DNA of 63,280 nucleotides, filler included, from Choristocarpus tenellus KU-1152 (lineage: Eukaryota; Protista; Phaeophyceae), in assembly GCA_964200185.2 (NCBI GenBank). It is 10 parts of 10 records of this genome, joined end to end, with 100 filler letters (N's around TTAATTAATTAA, not from the genome) between each part and the next. Parts side by side here need not be neighbours in the genome. Positions count along the whole stretch, not along the records: positions 21,011 to 26,319 come from CAXNAD020011197.1; positions 26,420 to 43,896 come from CAXNAD020000670.1; 8 more parts are not named here. One strand, written 5' to 3'. A program made the translations under genes and the position numbers. Numbering within the stretch: the first letter of the stretch is position 1; each line of letters starts with the position of its first letter. This document shows positions 24,129 through 36,080 of the stretch, piece after piece. The notes beneath the pieces are model-generated. The model did not search any database. It was not told the DNA's origin and was given only the letters and a program-made list of their open reading frames with translations.

Positions 24129-26319
24129 ATGGCTAGACCGGACGAGCAGGTGGGGGTGTTTACTTGCCTATCTCCTTTGATTTTGCTTGGTTACTGTTTT
24201 CTTGAAGGTATCTGTCCCAATCTTCGTGGAGGGCGTTGGCAATTCGAAGCCTGGGTTGGACTGAAGTGACTTTTAACTGACTGTTCACTCACCATACCCT
24301 ACAAAAGGTTATCAACCCGACCCGATCTAAAACAAGCCAGAGTTTCTATTGTAGGATACAAAGTGAAGTGTGCTTGATTATGTCGCAGCGATCTGGTAGC
24401 TCTCCTGGTGCAGCCAAGTATCATTGCAAACCAATACCATGGGAGATCAAGGATAAAAAGATGGAGGGATGTGCTGTTGCTTGTTTTTGAATTACAAACC
24501 CTTACAGATCCCCCTCCCTCCCCCCCCTTCGGTCGTCCCTGTACAGGCGGTAGTATTCTTGTTCCGATCAGGTCATGGTGATGGAGGCACCATGGTCGTT
24601 ACAACGGATGATGCGGAAAGGGTATGGTATGCTGCAAGTCGCACTCGACTGTGTCAGAGGGACCCGGAAGACGTGCTGGAGGTTTTCTTGAGCAAGTGTG
24701 GAGCTGGTGAGTTATGTTGTCAACGCGTTATGCGTAGAACCATGAGATTTAGACATCGTAGGTTGCCTTGACCCAAATAAAGTGAACACTTTCTGCCCTA
24801 CGACTGTCACTGTTAACACAACATGAGAAGATAATGTGAACAACGAGTGTCGAGATATCTTTGGCAGTATCCTGGCTTTGAAATACTTGGCTACACTTGC
24901 CTAGCAGAGTACAGATCATACTTCAGGTTTTGCTCAAGACGATTGTGGTCAGTACCTCATCTGTGAGAACAGTGCGAAGCGATAGTTTCATTTCCGACTG
25001 GGATCAAATGTCGTTTCGAGCTTTGTGAATGTGTCCTGATCGTTCAATGCCATTGAATTGTCTCCTCTTAGGATCTGATGTCTCACCGACGTCAATTTGG
25101 ATGACCAAGGGCCAGTTTGACTCGTGTATTCGCCAGATAGTACCTTCTAGATGGATAAAGGAAGAGGACAAACAACGTCTCAGCCAGGTGAGGAAGTAGC
25201 ACACACCACTGTTACGGAAGTTACGATCTTCCATCCTATAAGGTCCACCTTCCATGGATGCATTGGACCCCAGTATTTGTGTCGACTGTGTATCGAGGCA
25301 CTCTAGTCCAGACACAACAATGCCCTGGAGCTTTTATCGATTGCACCTGTTCCTATGATGTCGCCTTGTGGTGATGTGACTGCCGAAGTCTTTCTTTCTC
25401 TCTGGAGCTTCCACGAAACTGCTTTGATGCACTACTGTGCTGTTTGCTTTTTGAGGGTGCAGGTGTTGTCTGCTATCTACTATGCGTTTGAGCGCCGCCC
25501 AGGAGAGGAAGGCGTTTGTCTTGCGGAGATTGTTGGGGGTATTAGCCTTCTGTGTGCAGGGAACAAGAGCTCCAAGCTGGCGGTGAGTGAGGAAAAAATA
25601 GGATTATACCAAGGGAGATACGAAGGCCAAGTAGGTGATGCGAGGGGTTCAGAGGACCTTATGTTATGGTTGTTTGGTCTTGCTTGTTGTGCCATGAGGT
25701 GTGTTTGTTCTGTGGTACTGGTTGCCTGATTCGCCTACTACTTCCCTAAGGTGTGTCTGGCTTAAACCCTCAGTTGACCCAGTTGGGTTATTCGCCAGGT
25801 CAAATTATTTTTTTCAAGGAGGCATTTGTTTTAGTGGATAATAGGGTGTGCAATGCCCTACAATGCAGTTGCTTTCGCACCCTACCAGTAATTGGGATTG
25901 CCTGCACCCTATGTCTTGAGGTCCCCCACAAGCAGCTGTAGAGAATTACGCTAGCACCAGTGATGGCACATTTGGCTTTTTGGTGAACGGACTGATCTGA
26001 CTGCCAACATTGAACTGAGTGTAAATCACCGCACTAATGTTGTCTTCTTCCCTCTCATCCTCTCAACCAGTTTGCATTCCAGCTGTTTGCCAATGCAGAG
26101 GATGGCACTCTCTCTGCTAATATGCTGGGGAACTATATCGGATCTTTTGCAACTGTATTGTGTGCGTGCACTGCTGAGGGGATGGAAATGTCACCTGATC
26201 TCCTACGGAATTTCGTTGATGATGCAGCTGCCTCTGCAGTAGCTAGCATCATGGGTGCGCCCCCCCCCCCCCCCCAACAGTAACATCACCGCACAACACA
26301 TGATGGCCAACAGCCAGGA
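24129..26319 (+). CDS. EF-hand (calcineurin-B/recoverin-like) domain protein, 5' part
   Basis: Phase-compatible exons 24129-24149, 24547-24706, 25072-25187, 25463-25582 and 26071 onward. Translation includes VLSAIYYAFERRPGEEGVCLAEIVGGISLLCAGNKSSKLA/FAFQLFANAEDGTLSANML, the NCS/CnB pattern F..FD......V...E...G.S.L..G....KL.FAF.LFD...DG.L. Confidence 0.75.
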
Positions 26320-26419
26320 NNNNNNNNNNNNNNNNNNNNNNNNNNNNNNNNNNNNNNNNNNNNTTAATTAATTAANNNNNNNNNNNNNNNNNNNNNNNNN
26401 NNNNNNNNNNNNNNNNNNN
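26320..26419. other. Artificial contig linker
   Basis: N44-TTAATTAATTAA-N44. Confidence 0.98.
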
Positions 26420-26917
26420 GGGGGAATCAAGGGGGTGAAGGAGTGCAGGTATTAGGAAGGTTGAGTAAATAGAATATATTGCTATTGCTATTGCTGTTTC
26501 TATTTCTATTCTTGAGTGATTCTCAGGTACTTGTTGAGCTGTTGGTGTTTGCTTTCAAGCTTGCTACGTGAGCTGTAAATCATAAGCTTGGAGGACTCTT
26601 GTCCCTTTCAGTTGATAACACATCTGTACATTGTCTTAACACCCAAGGTAAGCTTGGTTCTAGATGTGTTGGTAGATGCGACTGGACTGCCATGCCATAG
26701 TATGCACAGCAATAGTGCTTTTATTTATTTTTTAACTCAGGCGTTACATGGTTCATCTGAGGAGACATTCGATGCAGGAAGGAAGGCGTTCTTGCTTGTT
26801 GCATTTTGAAGCGTGTAACCTGCTTTCCTATTTGGTTACTTCACCATGACTGTCACTGTTATTCCTACATATATATATTTAACACTATGCTGTGGACCCC
26901 ACTGGTGCTAGTTGCAG

Positions 26918-29009
26918 GGGGGTTGTGAGTTTGAACCAGAGGAAGCGCAGCCGTTTGATATCTCTGGGGCTTTATCCTTGGAGGTGAGTATTCGACTCTT
27001 TTATGGTATGGTGTCATTCCGACATTGCAATTCTAGAAACGATTCTTTACTTACTACTCCTGTCCATGCCTTTCTCATATTGCACGTGAGTGTCCCCTTC
27101 TTTCATTGGGCACTCCGATCGTGACCTCTCTGTTCATTTTGTCGCTCTCACTATAAAAATGTTTGGTTTTTTAAGAAGGCCCGTTTTCTGAGTGATAAGG
27201 CGCACTAATCGATACAAACTTCTAAGCCATTCTCAAGGTGCCGTTTTCACCTCCAAGTATTGCCTAGATAAAGATGGAGTAATGATGAAGAGGATAGTGT
27301 GAAGACCCTTTGTGGCGAGGTTGCTGTATGCATGACTGTGGTCGGATTCCCACTGAGCACCTATAGAATGCGGTTAGGCTCCTTACTTTGATGGGACGAG
27401 TATATTTCGCATACATGAATTTACTGGAATAGCAGTTACGAATTTTTAAGGAGAACACTTGGTCCGCCTGTCCGTGGAGCTGGAGCATAGTCTTTACTTA
27501 ACTCATTACTTCCCAAGTACATTATTATAGTTGGCGCTTACCCTGTACTTCACAATGTTCTTCAAACTAGTGTACAAGAGGTTATACATGTTGTGTACTT
27601 TCCACCAATGGTACCTATGGTATCAACAAAAGCGATCTGGAAAATTCCCAACTTCTGGAGACAATAGTCCATGGATGAGTGTAACAGTGTGACTTTATGA
27701 TATTTATCGTAAACAGTGAGCTTGTTTTATGGAGAGGAAGGCAAGTTTGGGCCGTTTTTCATTCTAAGTCATATTTCTTACCTCGTGGAACATCCTGTGT
27801 TTCGAGGCTTTGTGTGCACAATAGTCTATGCGAAATTGATAGTCCCCTTTTCAACACACAAAGTAGCATGCCACGATTCAGCAAAAACTCATTCTGCACT
27901 TGCACAAGATGACAAAAAAAAATCCGTTCTTTAGGAGCCTTAAAATGCAACCTTGCCTACCTCTCGATTACTTGAACCTAGCACAAGCAATCCAATATTT
28001 AGCATAAACTTTTTTTTATTGCGGTTGTACTCCCAGTCGATTTCAACTGCTCTGTCATACAAGAGACACATGAAGTTCCGAGCGGTCCTGGTACAGAGTA
28101 TGTATGTTTTCCGTCTCTCTGTCCCTTCCGCTGTTTTGGTGTTGGATATTTCTCAGCACCAAGTGGTGTGTTGTTCCATCCAAATGATCGAGTTTTCTCC
28201 AGCATGCACAAGAGTATTTTTCTTTTTTTATAGTTCTATGGGGTTGGATAGGATAAGTGTGATTTTCGCACTCGGTGTTAAATTGTTCTGCTTATGTTTT
28301 TCTTCTTTCTTGAGTCAAAGTAAGCCTGAGGTCCTCGGGTTTTGGTTGTTTAGCATTTTGAGCCAGTTTTTCATGTTTTTTGCAATCCGCCCGTATTTCT
28401 ATGGATGAAGTGCAAGTTTGACTTGAGAGTGTCAATTTCTCTATTGTTAAGATATTTTTCGACAGAAGTCAGACACATTCCTACCCGAATTTGTAAAGAA
28501 AAAAAAGAGTTGAATTTTGAACCTATTCTTCAACATCCTTAAAATGCAACCCTGGGTACCTCTCGCTTTCTTTGACTCCTTGCCTATTTAATCCCCTTGC
28601 CACATCAAAATTTGAGCTGAAACATCCCCTATGCTGTAGAGCTTTATCATATCCGTCTTTAGTCCCTTGTGTTTGTGACAGGCCACAAAGTCCTTTTTGA
28701 TGCCTGACTTAAAAAGCAATCTAGTGGACGACAAACATCCAACTTCCCCTGTTGTGATGGCCCCTCTCATCATAATCCTGTTCTCATTCCTCCTTGTCTG
28801 TGCATTTGAACCTCTGCATCGGACAGGTGGAAGCAGGCACATTGATTCTTCTACACCACTCTGTTGTACACTACAGCCTACAGAACAAGTCGGATAAATC
28901 CCGCCAAGCCTACTCCATCCATGTTGTGGAGGGGGGAAATGGTGTTAGATATCCAGCCGACAACTGGCTTCAGCGACCAGAGGAAGCCCCCTTCCAACAG
29001 TTACCTTAA
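26918..29009 (+). CDS. Phytanoyl-CoA dioxygenase family (PHYHD1-like) protein, last two exons
   Basis: Exons 26918-26983 and 28827-29009 give GGCEFEPEEAQPFDISGALSLE/VEAGTLILLHHSVVHYSLQNKSDKSRQAYSIHVVEG...YPADNWLQRPEEAPFQQLP*. This matches the PHYHD1 C-terminus (VVH.S.QN.S..SRQAY..H..E, NWLQ....PF..L). Confidence 0.9.
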
Positions 29010-29544
29010 AACGTCTCTTTGACATTGCTAGAGGCAGGCCCTAAGTGTTGTCCTGGAGATATGTGTGGAAAGTGTAGTGTGCCATGCTTCTCGATGGGTG
29101 CCTTCCAGTTATGTTACTGCGCTGCAGTCTTTTCGTGCTGAACACCGATGCTATACTGCGAAATACTTACTGGTGTATCATTATGTGGTACAACGAGTGA
29201 AGTCGTTTTGAAACGTTTTTTGAAGTGTTTTGAACTCACTACTTTTACTGCTCCTGGAAGGTTTAACCCTACATGATTTTGTATGTATATTTTTGATGGG
29301 CGCATTTGTTGAACAGCGGTTTTTCAAACATAGTGGCAATTGTACTGCCGAGCCTTTGGTGTCACATAGAGGTTCTCACATCAAGTTAATGTAAGATTCA
29401 GTCAAGTAATTGAGATTTAGTCAGGTTTGAACCCTTCTGTTTTCTAAGCCATATTTGTCAACCTGTGCGATTCACCTTATTTCATTACTTCATTACACAA
29501 TAGTGTACACAAAGTTAATGTTCTCATGCACCCACCTCCTTACA

Positions 29545-31020
29545 GGTGTTGCGAAGGAACACATGGAGCTGTACATGAAGTCGCAATTTTCCCAGCTGTT
29601 GAAAATATGCATTCCGAGTCTGGTTGTGTAGCAGATATGGTCAAAATGTTGCGGTCAAATTTGACCAGACCTGGAAACCTGAGCTCCATTCCCGCCACCA
29701 CTTGAGCAGATTGTTGTAAACTCCGCTGTTCATTTCGATTGTAGGGAGTACTCCTTCCTGCAACCTTGAAGGCATAAACCTCTACATGCGCTGCTTCCTC
29801 CTTGTGCTCCCTGACAGTGTGTTACAATATCGCTCCACCACCAGCTGAACTCCCCCAAACATTTAAAGGGAAGCTCTTATGAATCCTTATGTCTTTCATA
29901 GGAGGACTGCCCCTGCTCAAGATGGGCAGTTCATGGATGTGGGCTTCGTTCCACCACAGGACTATTGTCCTCTCCCTCCTGTGGTTTGTTCTCCTTCACA
30001 ACGCCTCCAACTTCCAACTCCACCTGCCTCCAAATGTCTTCATGATCTCATTGTCTGGAATCCCATGAAGGATTTTAGTTCCGTTATCTAGATAAGTAGC
30101 CAGCACCTGCTTCCACTTAAATCCCCTGAGTACTGGGTAATATTCTTCACTGTAACAAACAAAGCGGTTCACAAAGGTCAGTTTAAATCACATTTCCACA
30201 TTATAGGTACCCTTTTTTGCTTTCTTCAACTCCACTCTTACACCATAGACATTGGGAACAATTGGAGACAATGTTACGCATGTATCGCCCCCAAGGAGAG
30301 CCTTCTTTGCTTCCACAGTGAAATTATGGAACAATTTCAACTAGACTCATCACCTGAGTATGGGAGAACAAATTTAAAAGAGGCGACATTGGATATGGGG
30401 AAGAAGGTTGAAGGTTAAAAGGATATAAAACTACAACATAATGCCCTTGACAGGTCTGTAAATTATGAGGGAAGAAGGAATTGGTTATGTGTGTGTGATA
30501 GATGCCATCCTCTGCCAAGGAACCAATCAAATCGTCTTGATGGGTTGGTCCCTTCCCTTCCCTGACAATCCCTCGAGATGAAGCAAAAACGTGAGTGTGC
30601 TATTGTACTCTTTATTTACCTGGGTATTTATTCACACTGAGAGCTGAATCTTGCCCGTCCCCTCTTGTCCTGGTTGCTTTATGACATACCTGAACTCAGA
30701 GACACCCCCATTATTAGAAAAAAATTGAACTACATAAATATATTTCGTATTATTTGTGTAAGTTATGACAGGTGACTTCTCCACTTCATTCCTCCTTCAA
30801 GCACGTCCAATTTATGTTTTACATTCCAATTCCAGCTATGTACTTCTCACTCATACGCCAACATGCGTTGTGGGTGACCATCAATATTCTCATCGTGAAG
30901 ATAGATGGCACGTTTGAGGTACATAATGTATTGTGCAATAGTTCTTCCAACTTAATATTTGTTAAGTAGTCCCGAACATATCTGGTGATCACTTTGATTT
31001 CGCGCGCAGCGCGCATCACC
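29545..31020 (-). pseudogene. Degenerate hAT-superfamily transposase remnant
   Basis: About 29730-29560 on the minus strand reads NNLLKWWRE/(frameshift)ELRFPGLVKFDRNILTISATQPDSECIFSTAGKIATS, the hAT C-terminal dimerisation motif. Upstream broken coding-like segments, including a possible D..T(R)WS.T..ML relic near 30900, extend to about 31020. Boundaries are approximate. Confidence 0.65.
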
Positions 31021-31344
31021 TCTTAAACATTAATTTCATACTGTATTTATGAAGTAGTATAGATAGACCTTCAGGTAAGAGTTAGAGCCATGTCGTCCGA
31101 CAGGTCGGAGCTCTTCTCTGGGCGTGCTGGGGAGAAACGTGATGAGCCTAGACAATCCTCCAGGCGCCAGCCTGCACCAGCAAGGTGGGCCCGAACTGGA
31201 TCGAAGAATGACACGAGTTGGTAATATGGACTTGCAATATTTCAACCTTATCATCAACCCCACCTGTGCTGTTTCTCTTTTCCTTCTCTCTGTAGGAAAA
31301 CGAGGACAACTGGCTCAACCCTGCAGAGTCGGGGGGGAACAAAA

Positions 31345-34173
31345 ATGAGTGTAGGTGTTTCTGCTACTCGCCGCGAGGCTCAGGTACCACTTCCCTTCCT
31401 TGGTGGCGTTTTTCTTGTTCGAATGTTGACTCTTAGTGTTGGTGCAATCATGTTGGTACATGGACTTTTCCTCTTCTATATTCTTTTTTCTGCAGCTCAC
31501 CTCTCAAGAGTTGCATTGGGTGCTTGGCGAAGGCTCGTCCGGTTAGCGTTCATGGTCAAAAACAGGGGATGATTGCTCTGGTTTGTTTCTGTTGCTAACG
31601 TCGTGTTTTCCGTCTCCTCACAGATATTGCCCCTGTATCTTTAGAGAGGATAGTTCAACTCCGGAAACCCTCAAACCGTCTTTCGCGTGGTCCATCCTCT
31701 CCTTTTTACCAGTCACAGCCCAATTAGAGAGAGGTTGGCACATCAGTCATGACCTTGATGCTGAGGCAACGCAACCAAACAGGCCTAAATCGGCTCAAAT
31801 GGGAAGTTCTAGATCAAGTGATAAGGCTTAAGAAAAAAACAGCTTCGATACTATTATTACCGGTGATCCCATCCCCCCAAAAGGAATAAAATACAACACT
31901 CTGGCCCTACCAGATGAAGGAAGCAGAGCAGCACCAAAAAGCTGGGAACAAGTACTTGCAAAAAACCATGACAAGATGGACACCAAACTACTTCAGCGCT
32001 GCGCCGTTGTTTGAGAAGGTAGGGTGGGAAATGAGGTCAACGGTTGCCTTTCTCCCACGAAAGCCCCAGCGTTTCGTGACCATGCTGGCAATGCAACAGC
32101 GAGGCAGATTGTGCTCATCAGTTGTGATATCAATTTTCTCACATCTGTCGGCCTATCACTGAAGGATCTGCCCTAATACGCGGCTCAGAACCCAAATTGA
32201 CCTGACCCTAGCCCTAGCCCTAACCCTAAGCGTTACTATCCCAGGCAGCATCGTGCTACCATGGGGCGGGGCAAGACAGCATGGCTGTGTCGATGTTTGT
32301 GACAGCAGCAGAGTGCCACGAAGCGGAATCTGTCAGTGCATTCCCATCTGCTGCCAAGAACTACAAGGAGGCAGCTGTGATTGAAAGTAGAGCAGGGAGG
32401 TGAGCAGCTTGGCCTTTGGTGATTTTTTCCAGGATTTTGTACTTAAGAACAAGCGTTCCCTTTTTTGCACGTTCTTGTGTACAATTAAATGCTTTTTGAA
32501 TATCGATAATGTCCTCTTGCTCCTAGCCTCATTGCAACATGATTTGACTCTCATGTACCCAGTGAGCAACCTATTGATTAGTACAATTTTTCTAAGCTGC
32601 AATGGAGGTTTGATGTGTGACAGGTATTGTTCAACGCAATTCGTATCTGAAATCACTGTTTCGACTTGTTTTTTGTAGTAATTCGAGTAGGTTTGTTGCT
32701 TGCTCCTCTTTGTTAGAAATTGTCAAGAAATATTTTTCTGATAAGAGATCCCTTTTGTCTTCCGGTGGGGTCATATATTCCAAACGTGTTTGTTTGTTAA
32801 TACACATGTGCAACAAAGAGACAAGGAATCAGCGGAGCTTTACATCCTGTGTGCCAATTCATGGCATCATGCAAACGAGGGAGGTGGGCACCGATATGTC
32901 TGATGTTGTATCTGTCCATTAAACCTCCAGTGAACTTGAACATTCTGGTTAATTGGTTTGGTGTATATACATAGTACTACATAGTGTTGGTGCCCTATTG
33001 GAAGTTGTGGTGGTTGAAACCTGCAACTTTTAGACTGATGTATGTACATGGTTATTTTGATCTTTCTGAGCTTAAGTAAAGATGGGGGTAAAGTCAAAGG
33101 CATTTTTGTCAAATTATCAGTTGTGGAATTTTAGGGATCTCAAGCTCCTTAAGTCATGATTAGGAATATTTTCCATGTTCTGCTGATTCCATCATTTTTT
33201 CAACCCTGCTCAATTAATGGTGTCACTGTATTGATTGCGTTGGGCCATGTATGATGTCATGGCAGTTGTTGGTTCAGTCCAGCTCTTTGATACCCATGGC
33301 ACTCTCTAATATAGGGTCCTTTTTGCACCAAAACAGACGTTGCCTCACTGCCAAAACCTGCTCACGCCCTATCGTATAAAAACGTTTGGGGTTATCAAGG
33401 GAGAGCAGCAGACTATTTAGGATGTGCGGCCAAGGCAATGGAAGGCATTGATGAAGACGTTGCGGCAGAGCACTACCTCAAGGCGGCAGCAGTGATGGTC
33501 CCTGATGGATGCGACACAACCTACGACTTTGTCAGGGTCATAGGGGGCACCAATGTGCTGTCGCAGGCCATCAACTTCTTGGCCTCGACTGGCAAGCTCA
33601 AGGAGTGCATGGAGGTTAGTTTTTCTTTTTTTTGAAGGCAGAAAGATAAGAGTCATGTGTTGTTGGGGGGGGCTTATCGCTCGTGACCATTGTCAACGGC
33701 CCGCTCCCGCCCTGTTAAGGCTCTACAGTCTTACTCAGGAATCAAGCTTGTTCGAGGAGTCTCCGTTGCCCTACACCTTTGAAAAACACAGACCAAAGCT
33801 TGGTCTTGCCTAAACTGTGCAATCGATACTGCTGCCCTGCCCTTGCAGTGAACTTGAGTGACCGTTGTCCTTGGGAAATTTCTCGCCTGGAAGGTGGTTG
33901 GGCGTTACGAAATCCTAGCCGAGGCGGAGGGGATGGACCCTACTCTTGCCCAGCTCTATTTATCATCCTGTGTGCTCATTCTGTCCACGGGCGACTTTGT
34001 ACGGGCGGATGGTGCATTCAGTGAGGTGCACCTTCAAAACACTGCGTGAGTAAACACAAGGACAGAAGGTGCTAACATACATCTTTTAAGAAGTCTGGTG
34101 GTGTGGTGTTCTTATTTTTTGGGGCGTGCGTATGGATTCTCCTGCGTGGATGCCCCTGTTATGGACAGCCCGA

Positions 34174-34210
<37 letters not shown>

Positions 34211-36080
34211 ACCCTGCTAGGCACTGCTCCTCCAACAGAATCCCTTCTTTTTCTTTGCCCTGTCTGTGGGATGGTTGGATTTTGGTGTCTGAAACGACCT
34301 GTTTTTGAGACCGGGCAGCTATCTGCATTCAAAGGAGTGCAAGGCGGAGGAGGACTTTCTGACAGCGTTCAAGAACTATGATGCACTGGCGCTCAAGAAG
34401 GTCCAGGATGACCGCACCCTGCTGCGCCTGAGCACTCCAATCATTCGCCTTGCGAAGGCATTATCCATACCTGGAGAAGAGGAGGGTGTGTGCCTAGTGC
34501 TTGTGTGATATATTTTTTTCAGGTTCTTTCTTCCAGAACGAATCAGTCTCTTTTTTGTTGTTGTTTGGTGGCTTGTACTGCACTGTATGTTTCACACTAT
34601 GGTCCAAAAGTTTCCCCCATCTACGTTACATGTTATACCTAGAGGACAGGTCCTAAAGCTCTAATAGTGGGGGATGAACCCCTTGGGGAATTGCAAAGAG
34701 ATATCAATCCATTCTATTTACCTGGGGCTTGAGTTAGAGCAAGAAATGAAAAACATATCCTGGATGGCCTGCCAGCATAATTTTTTAGCACAACATTTTC
34801 ACCCTTGGCCTGCATGCTCTGTCCATCTAGATATCATCCCTGCTCCAAGAAACCCAGCAAGTAGTGTCGGTGATGTCCAGACCCGACTCGATGCTATCAA
34901 AGGAAAGTATGGGGTTGCCCCTCCACCTGCACCACCACACACCTCAAACAAGGTCCCAGATTGCGCCCCCCCTGGCTCAATGTCTGTACCTGGACCAAGC
35001 CAAGCACAGTACTACCCTGAGGTTGAGCCAGTAGTGAGAACGACACAGGAAGGTGATGATATGGCAACCTTGAAGAGTGGACTCTTTGGACCTGGTACCT
35101 GTACCCAGAGTGAAACAGGTAATATTTGCGGTATGGGACCTGAGAAGCCAAGTGCTTTGGTACCTGATGAGCCTGCAGGGGATTCCTTGGGTGTGGTGGA
35201 CTTGGGACTGGACGACCTGGAACTCAGTCTGGGGGCAGGGGGGCTTCGCGGTGTTGGTCACCAAGGTAAGTTGGGAGGTAGATATAACAATGGTTTCCGG
35301 TTTGGGGGGGTAAGACTTTCTTTGTCACATCTTTGATAGATTTCGAGGACATACTGCTATGGAGTGGACTTTGAAGATGCATACGCTATGGAGTGTGTGA
35401 TACTTGATGGTGCAGTTTACTGTATGACTAGATGGTGGGCAGTAGGAAGAGCAAAGAAGCACAAGAGTGATACTGCCTGACTTGAAGGGCGGTTGGTGGG
35501 GGCAGGTGATAGGTTGTGTTGCGCTCGCTACTGGTGGTAAGAAAAGGAGCGGAAAATTCCATCTTGGGTACTTTGCTCCTGGTGAAGTTCCTTGTGTCTG
35601 AGAGTGAATGTTTTGAGTTCCAAAGGTAGTGAAAGAAGAACACAGCTGAAGTCCAGGATATTTGGGGCTTGTGTGCTCACTCTGCTACATTTCTGGAGCT
35701 GTGATTGAACAGAGGCTGCTTGGATTGGAGGATGTGTTTGGGTATTTTCAACCTTTTTTTTTTGTCAGGGCACTGCAACACAATTTCATGGGGTTAGATT
35801 GGCGACATCCTCCTCTCCTGAGCAGTGTTTTACCTAAAAACTAACGAAACTGTTGAACATTGCCGGTGAAGGCATCATTTCTAACGTAGTATCCTGTCTT
35901 CCAATCGCCTTCCTGTAAACAGATTCCGATGACCTTGGAGCCGCAATCGAGGCAGCGAGGCGTGAGGCAGAGGCACTGGACATTGGGGGAGAAGGGCATG
36001 TGGATCACACCCCTCATCACAGTGAAACTGGAGGGACATACAACGAAAACTACGATGAGGATGAAATCGACCTCACGTAG
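31345..36080 (+). CDS. Gamma-soluble NSF attachment protein (gamma-SNAP)-like, complete 9-exon gene
   Basis: Exons 31345-31383, 31914-32018, 32245-32399, 32819-32883, 33400-33614, 33894-34045, 34319-34485, 34831-35265 and 35923-36080 are all GT-AG and phase-compatible. Motifs: KYLQKTMTRWTPNYFSAAPLFEKAA, AAKNYKEAA, LYLSSCVLILSTGDFVRAD, YLHSKECKAEEDFLTAFKNYD, and an acidic C-terminus DEDEIDLT*. Confidence 0.88.

Noticed and set aside
29850-30090. In-frame TGA within an otherwise open minus-strand frame (possible selenocysteine or readthrough)
   Set aside because: Lies within the decayed hAT region that has other stops and frameshifts; no redox motif context.
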